Part shown: positions 19,881-29,209 of the stretch, piece after piece
Layout: every line of letters starts with the position of its first letter
Numbering within the stretch: the stretch's first letter is position 1
DNA from: Patescibacteria group bacterium
GTDB lineage: Bacteria > Patescibacteriota > Patescibacteriia > UBA9934 > CAMTUG01
Direction of reading: 5' to 3'
NCBI GenBank assembly: GCA_038065815.1
Contig: JBBTQF010000021.1
Span: 1-57,511, forward strand
Length of the DNA stretch: 57,511 nt
The notes under the pieces: model-generated
Told to the model about the DNA's origin: nothing
The model's input: the letters and a program-made list of their open reading frames with translations, nothing else
Database searches by the model: none
Translations under genes and position numbers: made by a program

Positions 19881-20099
19881 ATGCGACTCTTCGGTCGTCC
19901 AAGATCGGAGCCCATCGCCAAATTCCTAAGTCAGTGTCCGAACTGCGATAGGCTTGGGCGGTGGGTCGGGACAACGCGACAACAAAACAGTCGTCTCTAC
20001 TTTGAAATGCTCTGCCGTGGATGCAGTGAGGAGTACCTCGAGGAAGACAAGCAATGGGAGATTCTCCTGCACGCAAATACTTCGCCGAGCGCTGTCTGA
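19881..20099 (+). CDS. small zinc-ribbon protein (tentative)
   Basis: 72-aa ORF with CPNC...CRGC pairs. It lies in the same decayed patch, so it may not be functional. Confidence 0.3.
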   Translation: MRLFGRPRSEPIAKFLSQCPNCDRLGRWVGTTRQQNSRLYFEMLCRGCSEEYLEEDKQWEILLHANTSPSAV

Positions 20100-20162
20100 T
20101 TTAACCTCTTATTTCCTCCTTTTGCAGGAGGAATTTTATGAGACTGGCACGTACTACCAGTC

Positions 20163-20537
20163 TCATTTGTCTGTATCAGTCGGCATCGGGTCGAGTTCAA
20201 AGACGACAGCCGCGCCTTCTTCCTGATCCTTACAAAAAATACGCGCCAAATAGGAGAGCGTCTGTACCTTGCTTCCATGCGCAAGCCTCGACAGGTCCTC
20301 GTTGTTGACGATCTGCATCATCTGCTCGTAGCGCCGTACTGTACGAATACGGCGCAACAATTTTTCTATCTTGCCATTCTTGAGAACAGCGCGAATCTCT
20401 ACAACATCTCCGGCGCGCAACCAGCATGGCCCCCAACACTCCGATCGTACTAGCAGATCTTTTTCACCTTGAGTGATGAGATTATAGGTCGTTCGTGAGA
20501 CCCACAAGACGAGCAATCCTTTTTTTGATCGTGTCAT
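20163..20537 (-). CDS. ASCH/PUA-like domain protein (tentative)
   Basis: 124-aa ORF whose size and ...GDVVEIR...IRTVRRY pattern resemble ASCH domains. Weak call. Confidence 0.4.
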   Translation of the reverse strand: MTRSKKGLLVLWVSRTTYNLITQGEKDLLVRSECWGPCWLRAGDVVEIRAVLKNGKIEKLLRRIRTVRRYEQMMQIVNNEDLSRLAHGSKVQTLSYLARIFCKDQEEGAAVVFELDPMPTDTDK

Positions 20538-20617
20538 GCTTCCTCCGGCCTGTCACACTAGCGCACAGACGCCCTTGCGTCAATCCAAGCACCAGCAGTA
20601 GAATACTTGCCGAATCT

Positions 20618-22264
20618 ATGCAGACCCCTCGTTATCGTGTTATTTCCCGTTGGAGCGTTCGTTTGAGCGTTTTAGGCGCAATGCTTTTGTTCATTGTTTC
20701 GTTTGCCGTGGTCTTTCCGCAGTATACGTTTGGCATCCTTGAGCAGGACGATTTTCGTTTGGGTCTTGATCTGCGAGGCGGTACGCATTTGGTCTATGAG
20801 GCCGACATGAGCGACATCGCCGAGGCAGAGCGTGGTTCTGCGCTCTCTGGCGTAAAGGACGTTGTTGAGCGTCGCGTGAACGCGTTTGGCGTTGCGGAAC
20901 CTATCGTGCAGACGACTGTTACCGACGGCCATCATCGCATTATCATTGAGCTTGCCGGCGTGCTCGACGTAACGCAAGCCGTTCAGCTCATTGGTGAGAC
21001 ACCGATTCTTGAGTTCAAGGAGCAGAATCCAAATTTTGATGTTGAGCCTAACGAGACGCAACAATCTATTATTGATTCCGCAAATACAATCACGCAACAG
21101 AAAGCGGATGAGGCTTTGCAAATGGCGCTTGCTGGTGAATCTCTTTCCGTCATCGCATCAAGTTATGGCGTTCTGACTGGTGAGGTTACTGTGAAAGAGG
21201 GCGAGGGTTATGACGAGGCGATCTCGGCTGTTCGTGACAGCACTCTCATCGCAGGTACAGTCCTTCCGTTGGTTTATGATGTTGCAGACGGCTGGACGAT
21301 TTTAAAGTTTTTGGAACAAACAGATGCTGGGTATCGTTTTGAAGAAGCTCTCTTTTTTGAGACGCGCTTTGAGCACCTCGATTCGTATCAGTCGGCGTTG
21401 TGGCAGAATACGGAGCTTTCCGGAAAGGATCTTAAAAATGCACAGGTCGTTTTTGATCCAAATACAAATGAGCCGTATATTCTTCTTACGTTCAACGAGA
21501 ATGGCGCGAAGTTGTTTGAAGAGATTACAGGCCGTAACGTCGGTTTTCCCGTCGCGATTTTTCTCGACGGTGAGGTTATCAGCGCACCAACAGTTAATGA
21601 GAAGATCGTAGGTGGAGAGGCACAGATTCAAGGGAACTTCACATTGCCCGAGGCCAAACTTTTGGCACAGCGTTTGAACGCCGGAGCTCTTCCTGTCCCG
21701 CTTGAAATCATCTCGCAACAGACAGTGGGGCCAACGCTCGGTAAGGAATCACTTGATTTGAGTTTGATGGCAGGACTCATCGGTTTTTTGCTTGTTATCT
21801 TGTTTATGATTTTTTACTACCGTTTGCCGGGAGTTCTGTCCGTGCTCGCACTCATTCTCTATGTCGCACTAAACTTGTTTTTTTGGAAGCTCTTGGATGT
21901 GACAATCACACTTGCGGGTATTGCAGGCTTCATTTTGTCCATGGGAATTGCCGTTGACGCCAACGTGCTCATTTTTGCGCGTCTTAAAGAAGAGTTGGAC
22001 TCTGGACGAGATCTCCCGACCGCAGTCGAGGAGGCCATGAGGCGTGCATGGACCTCGATTCGTGATGGCAACATGACCACACTCATTGCGACCGCGATTT
22101 TGTTCTGGTTTAGCACGAGCTTTATCAAAGGCTTTGCGCTCACGCTCGCGATCGGTGTGCTGTTGTCTATGTTCTCGGCAATCGTTGTCACGCGCGCCTT
22201 ACTGCGTCTTGTTGCAGGTTGGCGTTTTGTAAAACTGGGCTGGTTGTTCGGTGTCAAAAAATAG
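20618..22264 (+). CDS. secD: protein translocase subunit SecD
   Basis: N-terminal TM segment, LGLDLRGGTHLVYEA, a periplasmic domain, and a C-terminal 6-TM block with GFILSMGIAVDANVLIFARLKEE. The start is taken at MQTPRY (20618); the listed 20495 start overlaps the upstream antisense gene. Confidence 0.9.
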   Translation: MQTPRYRVISRWSVRLSVLGAMLLFIVSFAVVFPQYTFGILEQDDFRLGLDLRGGTHLVYEADMSDIAEAERGSALSGVKDVVERRVNAFGVAEPIVQTTVTDGHHRIIIELAGVLDVTQAVQLIGETPILEFKEQNPNFDVEPNETQQSIIDSANTITQQKADEALQMALAGESLSVIASSYGVLTGEVTVKEGEGYDEAISAVRDSTLIAGTVLPLVYDVADGWTILKFLEQTDAGYRFEEALFFETRFEHLDSYQSALWQNTELSGKDLKNAQVVFDPNTNEPYILLTFNENGAKLFEEITGRNVGFPVAIFLDGEVISAPTVNEKIVGGEAQIQGNFTLPEAKLLAQRLNAGALPVPLEIISQQTVGPTLGKESLDLSLMAGLIGFLLVILFMIFYYRLPGVLSVLALILYVALNLFFWKLLDVTITLAGIAGFILSMGIAVDANVLIFARLKEELDSGRDLPTAVEEAMRRAWTSIRDGNMTTLIATAILFWFSTSFIKGFALTLAIGVLLSMFSAIVVTRALLRLVAGWRFVKLGWLFGVKK

Positions 22265-22269
22265 TTTAT

Positions 22270-23166
22270 ATGGTATTTGATGTTATCAAAACGAAAAAGA
22301 TATGGTTTGCGCTTTCTGGTTTGTTGATTGGAGGTAGCATCATCGCTCTTGCGGTGTTTGGATTGCGCATGGGTATTGATTTCACTGGCGGATCGCTCAT
22401 GACAGTACAATTCGAAAACGCGCCTACAACGGATGCAGTACGTTCCTCAATTGTATCGTTCGGTTATGAAGGCACTCGCGTACAGTCAACAGAAGGCGGC
22501 GCATTTATCGTGCGTCTGCCAAGTCTAGCAGAGGAGGAGCATCAAGCCGTGCTCTCCAACCTTGAGGCGCAGTTTGGAGCATTCGAAGAACAGCAGTATC
22601 AACTTGTTGGACCGGTGTTTGGTGCGGAGCTCCTTAAAAAAGCGATTTGGGCGATTGTGCTCGTTCTTACACTCATTACACTTTATGTAACCTATGTATT
22701 CCGAAAAGTTTCTGATCCGGTTGCATCATGGAAGTATGGCGTTATCACGATGATTGCCGCTTTCCATGACATTATTATTCCGATTGGACTTTTCGCTATT
22801 TTGGGGTATTTCCTCAACTATCAAATTGATTCAGCCTTTGTGGCGGCGATTCTCACAGTGCTTGGATACTCAATCAACGATACGATTATAGTGTTTGACC
22901 GTGTGCGTGAGAATTTGATGCATAGATCGAGTGCGGAGAGTCTGGAAGAAACCGTTAGTAAGAGTGTACGTCAAACGGCTGTGCGCTCCATTAACACTTC
23001 GGTCACGACACTGCTCGCGCTTTTTGCTATTTTATTTTTCGGCGGTGAAACAACGCGCGCGTTTGCTCTTGCACTGATCGTCGGCATCATTTCCGGAACG
23101 TATTCGTCAATTTTTATCGCGAGTCCATTGCTTATTGTGTGGGAAAAGTGGAGCCGTAAGGCATGA
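22270..23166 (+). CDS. secF: protein translocase subunit SecF
   Basis: GIDFTGGSLMTVQF, LGYSINDTIIVFDRVREN. The start is taken at MVFDVIKTKK, just after the secD stop. Confidence 0.9.
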   Translation: MVFDVIKTKKIWFALSGLLIGGSIIALAVFGLRMGIDFTGGSLMTVQFENAPTTDAVRSSIVSFGYEGTRVQSTEGGAFIVRLPSLAEEEHQAVLSNLEAQFGAFEEQQYQLVGPVFGAELLKKAIWAIVLVLTLITLYVTYVFRKVSDPVASWKYGVITMIAAFHDIIIPIGLFAILGYFLNYQIDSAFVAAILTVLGYSINDTIIVFDRVRENLMHRSSAESLEETVSKSVRQTAVRSINTSVTTLLALFAILFFGGETTRAFALALIVGIISGTYSSIFIASPLLIVWEKWSRKA

Positions 23167-23208
23167 TGTGATAAAATAAAGACTCTTTACACAATAGTCT
23201 AGCTGGCC

Positions 23209-24798
23209 ATGCCGTTTTTTGCAATCACGTTTGATCTTTCCGGAATTGAGGCCCTACTTGCACGACCGGATATCCTGCTGACCAACTTATTGGTTTATGT
23301 CGGATGGATTCCGATTTTTGGAGTGCTTGTGTGGGGCTTTCTTGAAGTTTGGTTGCATCACCGCCAGGAGCATTATCGTTTGCACCAAAATTACGTTTTA
23401 CTTGCGATTGACGCTCCGAAAATGACAGAGCAGAGCCCTATGGCAATGGAGCACGTTTTTGCGACTATCGCGGCTGTTTGGGGAGGTCCGAATTTTCGTG
23501 AAAAATGGATTGACGGTGAGGTCTCGCCGATTTTTAGTTTTGAGCTTGTGAGTATCGGCGGTTATATTCAGTTTTTTGTCCGCGTGCCGAAAAAGTATCG
23601 CGACCTGGTTGAGGCCGGTCTTTATTCAGCTTATCCAGATATTGAAATCACAGAAGCCGAGGATTACGCGACCTCGGCGCCGGACAAATACCCAGACGAG
23701 AATTATCGTGCGTGGGGCTGTGAGCTAAAACTCAAAAATGATAATCATTTCCCAATTCGTACCTATCAAATGTTTGAACATCGTCTTTCGCAGGAACTCA
23801 AAGACACGATTGGGCTGACGCTCGAGCAGTATGCGAAGTTGAAGCCCGGCGAGCAGTTATGGACGCAGATTATCGTCCAGAATGATCCGGAGCAACATTG
23901 GGTCAAGGTTGGAGTGAAATATATTAACGAGACTATTGGGAAACCAGAGAAAAACGCGCACAAGACTTCGGTTTTTGGTGGGGTCGTTTCAGGGCTGAAG
24001 TCGTTGTCAGAGCAAGTTGCGTTTCAGGCAATCGGTTTTGGCGGCGGGGAACACGCTGAAGAGAAAAAGGAGGATCCGTGGAAATTTTTGCGTTCAACAC
24101 CACTCGACAAAGTGAGGCTTGATCTTGTTTCGCAGAAAATCGGCAAGCCTGGATGTCGGGTGAAAATCCGCCACGTCTATATTGCCAAGCACGCGTCGTG
24201 GAATAAAAGCGCGCGCGATAAAATGCTCAAGGGCGTATTTTATCAATTTGCACATCTCGATAGTAATGCCTTTGGTCGTGTTAAAAGCGTAAATCCGAAG
24301 GATGACTATTTTTGGCAGAAGTGGTTTAAGGAAATTCGCGCGACAAACGTGGTGCGAGCGTACAAAAAGCGTGATGGTGAACGTGGTGGCAAACCATTCA
24401 TTCTGAATACGGAGGAGCTCGCCACGCTTTGGCACATGCCGTCAATTTTGGTTCTCGCGCCGTCCGTTAAGAAGACCCTTGCAAAGCGCGCTGAACCGCC
24501 GGTGCAATTGGAGATTGCAGATGAGCTTACTCCTGACATCATGACGCCAGCTCGTCTTCAGCACGTGCTGGAGATACTGCCAGTTGAGGTGGTCGAGCCA
24601 CGGTTGCCGGCGATGGTGCGAAAGGTTGAGAAGGTTGAAAGGCATGAGAAGGTTGAAAAACCAAAAGCGTTGGATGCACAAAGAACGGTCGTAAAACCAA
24701 AAGAGATTCCGGATGTGCTCCGTGTTCTGCTTGACCCCGATGTTGAGCTCGAGGATGTTGGTCTTTCCGATCCGCCTCAATCTAGAGACGCCATCTAA
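23209..24798 (+). CDS. membrane-anchored protein homologous to the N-terminal half of the 52471..54942 ATPase
   Basis: One N-terminal TM segment. FSFELVSIGGYIQFFVRVPKKYRDLVEAGLYSAYPDIEITEAEDY, FPIRTYQMFE and ILNTEELATLWHMPS align by eye with FAFEIVSHEKLIKFYVTIPRRYQEFISQQMTAQHPDAFIEEVEDY, FPFRTFRKLE and ILNVEEMASLWHLPL of the fused protein. Confidence 0.65.
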   Translation: MPFFAITFDLSGIEALLARPDILLTNLLVYVGWIPIFGVLVWGFLEVWLHHRQEHYRLHQNYVLLAIDAPKMTEQSPMAMEHVFATIAAVWGGPNFREKWIDGEVSPIFSFELVSIGGYIQFFVRVPKKYRDLVEAGLYSAYPDIEITEAEDYATSAPDKYPDENYRAWGCELKLKNDNHFPIRTYQMFEHRLSQELKDTIGLTLEQYAKLKPGEQLWTQIIVQNDPEQHWVKVGVKYINETIGKPEKNAHKTSVFGGVVSGLKSLSEQVAFQAIGFGGGEHAEEKKEDPWKFLRSTPLDKVRLDLVSQKIGKPGCRVKIRHVYIAKHASWNKSARDKMLKGVFYQFAHLDSNAFGRVKSVNPKDDYFWQKWFKEIRATNVVRAYKKRDGERGGKPFILNTEELATLWHMPSILVLAPSVKKTLAKRAEPPVQLEIADELTPDIMTPARLQHVLEILPVEVVEPRLPAMVRKVEKVERHEKVEKPKALDAQRTVVKPKEIPDVLRVLLDPDVELEDVGLSDPPQSRDAI

Positions 24799-24825
24799 TC
24801 TTCTCTCCAATTTGTCTCTTTTATT

Positions 24826-26688
24826 ATGACCACGTTTCCGACGCCACCTTCATACGACCACGACCATGAAAATGATGTCATTTATTTTGCGCGCACGAAT
24901 TTTCGTAATCAGATGCGCAAGTTTGGTATCAAAACGGATGACCGCCGCCGTCATATGTATCTGATCGGCAAAACCGGCGTCGGAAAAACGACGCTTCTTG
25001 AAAATATGGTACTGGCGGATATCTATAAGGGGCACGGACTTGCGATTGTGGATCCGCACGGAGATTTTGCCGAAAAAATTATTGATTACATTCCAGATCA
25101 TCGTATTGAAGATGTTGTCTACTTTAATCCGGCGGATATGGATTTTCCGACGTCGTTTAATATTTTGGAGTCAGAAGACGACACACACAAGCACTTGATC
25201 GCCAGTGGTCTGATGGGAGTCTTCAAAAAGATTTGGCCAGATGTGTGGAGCGCGCGCATGGAGCATATCATGAATAATTGTATTCTGGCCTTGCTCGAGA
25301 ATCCGGGGAACACATTGCTCGGCATCAATCGTATTCTCGTTGACCAACATTTTCGTCGTAGCATCATTGTCAATTTGCGAGACCCTGTGGTCAAGTCTTT
25401 TTGGATCACAGAGTTCGAGCAGTGGGACGTTAAATTTCGCAGTGAGGCTATCGCCCCAATTCAAAACAAAGTTGGTCAGTTTTTATCAACGTCACTCATT
25501 CGCAACATAGTCGGTCAACCAGTCTCCTCAATCGTACCGCGCGAGATGATGGACACGCGTAAAATTTTCATTATCAACCTTGCCAAGGGTCGCATTGGTG
25601 AGGACGCCTCGCGTCTCATGGGCGGTATGCTCATTACCAAAATGCAACTTTCGGCAATGGAGCGCGTGGATATGCTGGAAAAGGACCGTCAAGATTTCTA
25701 TCTCTATATTGACGAGTTTCAAAACTTTGCCACCGAGTCATTTGCGAACATCTTGTCCGAGGCGCGTAAATATCGCCTTGCTCTTATCATGGCTCACCAG
25801 TACGTAGAACAGCTTGAGGAGGAGGTCGCGGCGGCCGTGTTTGGCAACGTGGGGACGATAGTTTCATATCGTGTAGGCGCTGGAGACGCAGAGAAACTTG
25901 CCATCGAATTCGCTCCACGTTTTTTGGAGGAAGATTTGGTGAATCTTCCAAAGTTTCATATTTATTTGAAGCTGATGATTGACGGAATTGCCTCTGATGC
26001 GTTTTCAGCAACGACCTTGCCCCCGATTGCGGCGAAAACGAACAGTTTACAGCGTGTGATTGACGCCTCGCGCAGAAAGTATGGCCACAAGCGCGAGGAG
26101 GTTGAGAACTCAATTATTTCATGGAGCGAGTCAAGACCGGAAGGAGCAACACCCTCGGCAGTAGCGGCGCTTGGACTTCGAGAGGAGAAGCAAGGACGAA
26201 AGCTCAATGAGTATGAGTGTACGCGTTGTGGCAAGAAGTTACTTTTGCCAGTTGAGCTCGATAAAAGTCGTCCAATTTATTGTGAGACGTGTATTGAGTT
26301 GGTGAGGGCGGAACGCAAAGCAGGCAAACCACCCGAGGTAAAAAAACCGGAGGAAAAGAAGGAGTCCGAGACACCAAAACTCGCACAGACGGAAGCGATT
26401 CAGAAGCCGGTAGGTGAGACGATGTCGTTAAGTGCGCTTAAGGGAGATCCAAAAATAGAGGTCAAATCGGTTACAGCGGAGAAGCCGGCTCCTGTCGTGC
26501 CTACACCCTCCTCACCAAGCCCCACGAGCACAGAGGAACACAAACGCCGTCGCCGGCGTCATGGCGGAGGTGGAGCTCATCATTCGACAGGTTTGACCCC
26601 TTCAACAAGCTCCGGGTCTTCGACTGGTACAAGCACTTCACACACTCCCAGGCCGAGCTCCGGTGGGGACGAATTATTCCCGTGGTAA
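24826..26688 (+). CDS. VirD4/TraD-like (FtsK-HerA superfamily) P-loop ATPase with C-terminal zinc ribbon and disordered tail
   Basis: Walker A LIGKTGVGKTT, DPHGD, Walker B YLYIDEFQNF, and RKYRLALIMAHQY. A C-x2-C-x17-C-x2-C motif (CTRCGKKLLLPVELDKSRPIYCETC) is followed by a K/E/P/S/T-rich tail. Confidence 0.75.
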   Translation: MTTFPTPPSYDHDHENDVIYFARTNFRNQMRKFGIKTDDRRRHMYLIGKTGVGKTTLLENMVLADIYKGHGLAIVDPHGDFAEKIIDYIPDHRIEDVVYFNPADMDFPTSFNILESEDDTHKHLIASGLMGVFKKIWPDVWSARMEHIMNNCILALLENPGNTLLGINRILVDQHFRRSIIVNLRDPVVKSFWITEFEQWDVKFRSEAIAPIQNKVGQFLSTSLIRNIVGQPVSSIVPREMMDTRKIFIINLAKGRIGEDASRLMGGMLITKMQLSAMERVDMLEKDRQDFYLYIDEFQNFATESFANILSEARKYRLALIMAHQYVEQLEEEVAAAVFGNVGTIVSYRVGAGDAEKLAIEFAPRFLEEDLVNLPKFHIYLKLMIDGIASDAFSATTLPPIAAKTNSLQRVIDASRRKYGHKREEVENSIISWSESRPEGATPSAVAALGLREEKQGRKLNEYECTRCGKKLLLPVELDKSRPIYCETCIELVRAERKAGKPPEVKKPEEKKESETPKLAQTEAIQKPVGETMSLSALKGDPKIEVKSVTAEKPAPVVPTPSSPSPTSTEEHKRRRRRHGGGGAHHSTGLTPSTSSGSSTGTSTSHTPRPSSGGDELFPW

Positions 26689-26690
26689 GT

Positions 26691-28175
26691 ATGCCTTCAA
26701 ATCAAGATGACTACTCTGGAGCTTTCAGCTCCGTTCAACCACAGCCAGTGGTGGCGCCAAAGCAAGCGTCTGAATTTGAGGCGTTCGTGGCCCGTCGTCA
26801 CGAGCCGCCGGAAACGCTTCCGATGCGCGGGGCCGTCTCTGATGCAGATATTTCCTTGTTTGGTCAGACGAATTACAGTCGCGGTTATGCCTCGGCGCGT
26901 TATATTTTTGGCATCAAACGAAAGGATCGCCGTCGTCACCTGTACGTCATTGGTAAGAGCGGTGTTGGAAAAACAAAATTGCTGGAACAGCTTATTCGCG
27001 CGGACATTCATTATGGACACGGCGTCGGGGTGATTGATCCACACGGAGATTTGATCAGCGCCATCATCGAGTTTGTGCCAGAAAATCGCATCAATGATGT
27101 TGTGATCATAGATCCTGCGGATCGTGATTTTCCCATCTCATTCAACCCAATCGCCAACGTGGCGGATGAAGACAAACACATGGTGACGGATTCCATCATC
27201 GAGATTTTTAAAAAGCAATTTGCCAGCGATTGGTCACCACGCATTGAACACTTGCTTCGTTTCTCAACGCTGGCCATGATTGATTATCCGAAAGGCACTC
27301 TCAACGGCATGGTGTCTCTGCTTTCAAGTGGCCCTTATCGCAGTAAGGTGATTGAGCACATCAAGGACACTGTCGTCCGGCGTTTTTGGGCGATTGAGTT
27401 TCCAGAGTGGTCGCAACGTTATGATGCCGAGGCAGTGTCGCCGTTGCTCAACAAACTCGGGCAATTGCTTGCCGATCCCTTGATGCGCAATATTTTTGGT
27501 CAGCAAGAGAGCAAGGTTGACCTTTACGAGATCATGCGTAAAAAACAGATTTTACTGGTCAACCTTTCAAAGGGGCGTATTGGGGATGATAAAAGTGCCT
27601 TTTTCGGAGCGGTGCTCATCACCAAACTTTATCAAGCCTCGATGCAACGAATCCGACTGCCGGAAAAAGAGCGCACGCCATACTACTTGTACGTTGATGA
27701 GTTTCAGAATATTGCCACAAAGACTTTTGAGAATATTTTGGCCGAGGCACGCAAGTTTGGACTCAATCTCACAGTCGCCAATCAAAATCTTTCCCAGCTC
27801 TCGGCGAGTTTGCGTTCGTCACTGTTTGGCAACGTGGCCAGTATAGTCGTTTTTCAAATCAGCGCGGAAGACGCGGCGATTATGGAGATGGAGATGAAGC
27901 CCGTGTTTGAGGTGCAGGATATGATTAACTTATCCGAGCGCGAGGTTTATGTGAAGATGACTATTGATGGACGTCGTTGGGATCCATTCTCGGCAGATGT
28001 CCTTTCTGTCAATCCACCAAAACATACTCCATTCACGGAAAAGATTATGATGCAGAGTCGAGAGAAATATGCACGGCGTCGGGAAGAAGTGGAAAAACAG
28101 CTTGAGGGAGGCGATGCGGAAGAACAAAAAAGGCAGGAGGCGCAGAAGATTTCCATGGATGAGATTATTGTGTAA
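26691..28175 (+). CDS. VirD4/TraD-like P-loop ATPase, paralog of 24826..26688
   Basis: VIGKSGVGKTK, DPHGD, YLYVDEFQNI and RKFGLNLTVANQN, collinear with the upstream ATPase core. The start is ATG 26691, 3 nt after the upstream stop. Confidence 0.75.
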   Translation: MPSNQDDYSGAFSSVQPQPVVAPKQASEFEAFVARRHEPPETLPMRGAVSDADISLFGQTNYSRGYASARYIFGIKRKDRRRHLYVIGKSGVGKTKLLEQLIRADIHYGHGVGVIDPHGDLISAIIEFVPENRINDVVIIDPADRDFPISFNPIANVADEDKHMVTDSIIEIFKKQFASDWSPRIEHLLRFSTLAMIDYPKGTLNGMVSLLSSGPYRSKVIEHIKDTVVRRFWAIEFPEWSQRYDAEAVSPLLNKLGQLLADPLMRNIFGQQESKVDLYEIMRKKQILLVNLSKGRIGDDKSAFFGAVLITKLYQASMQRIRLPEKERTPYYLYVDEFQNIATKTFENILAEARKFGLNLTVANQNLSQLSASLRSSLFGNVASIVVFQISAEDAAIMEMEMKPVFEVQDMINLSEREVYVKMTIDGRRWDPFSADVLSVNPPKHTPFTEKIMMQSREKYARRREEVEKQLEGGDAEEQKRQEAQKISMDEIIV

Positions 28176-28186
28176 GGTACAGTGGT

Positions 28187-29209
28187 ATGCGCATTCTTGG
28201 AATTGAAACAAGCTGTGATGAAACGTCAGTGGCGATTGTCGAAGGCCAAGGGGAACGTGTCAGGCTGAAGGCGCAACTGACGAACTCACAGATGAAAGAG
28301 CACGCAAAATTTGGAGGCGTCGTGCCAGAAGTTGCGGCACGGCGTCACGTTGAGTTTCTGATGCCGATGCTTGAGCGGGTAGTCACTCGGGACGGAAAGG
28401 GAATTGATGCGGTTGCCGTGACCTACGGCCCTGGTCTTGTTGGAGCCCTGCGTGTTGGTGTTGAGTCCGCTAAGACGCTCGCAACCATCTGGGACAAACC
28501 GCTCATCGGAGTTAATCATCTCGAAGGACATATTTACGCAAATTGGCTTGATCGCACAGCGCGTCAAAAACCGATTGTCTTTCCAGCACTCTGTTTGATT
28601 GTTTCGGGTGGTCATACCGAGATTATTTTTATGCCCAGGCATGGGATGTATGAGCTCGTTGGCGAAACGCGCGACGATGCCGCTGGCGAGGCGTTTGATA
28701 AAGTCGCCAAGATGTTGGGACTCGGGTATCCCGGAGGTCCGGAGGTTGCTAAAATGGCGTTGAAAGGTGATGAGAAACGGTTTGATCTACCTCGCCCGAT
28801 GCTCGATTCCGATGACTTTGACTTTAGCTTTTCCGGGTTGAAGACGGCGGTGTTGTACACTATTCGTGAGCTCAAAAAAAATCCTTCTGCAAAAACAAAA
28901 GCTGATCTGTGTGCCAGTTTTCAGGCAGCTGCCGTTGGTGTGCTTGTCGGCAAAACAACCCGAGCAATTGAACAGATGAAACCAAAGACCGTTTTACTTG
29001 GAGGCGGTGTCTCTGCAAATGTGCAGTTACGAAAAAAGCTCGGCAATGCGATCAAGAAGAGCTCTCCTAAAACGCTCTATGTTATTCCGCCGATGAAATA
29101 TACGACCGACAACGCAGGTATGATCGCGGCGGCGGGCTACTTCAAACTTTTGCGTGATGAGACCTCCGACCCTCTCACACTCGAGGCGGATCCAAATCTT
29201 TCGTTATGA
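28187..29209 (+). CDS. tsaD: tRNA N6-adenosine threonylcarbamoyltransferase TsaD
   Basis: ILGIETSCDETSVAIV, VNHLEGHI, SGGHTEI and GGGVSAN motifs. Confidence 0.9.
   Translation: MRILGIETSCDETSVAIVEGQGERVRLKAQLTNSQMKEHAKFGGVVPEVAARRHVEFLMPMLERVVTRDGKGIDAVAVTYGPGLVGALRVGVESAKTLATIWDKPLIGVNHLEGHIYANWLDRTARQKPIVFPALCLIVSGGHTEIIFMPRHGMYELVGETRDDAAGEAFDKVAKMLGLGYPGGPEVAKMALKGDEKRFDLPRPMLDSDDFDFSFSGLKTAVLYTIRELKKNPSAKTKADLCASFQAAAVGVLVGKTTRAIEQMKPKTVLLGGGVSANVQLRKKLGNAIKKSSPKTLYVIPPMKYTTDNAGMIAAAGYFKLLRDETSDPLTLEADPNLSL

Noticed and set aside
20495-20617. The long SecD N-terminal extension overlapping the antisense 20163..20537 gene, and the similar extensions of SecF (22219), GlyA (11054), DnaB (7321), LepA (44168) and RNase H (47712).
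   Set aside because: Internal ATGs give canonical N-termini and remove the overlaps. The extensions use non-ATG starts or lack similarity.
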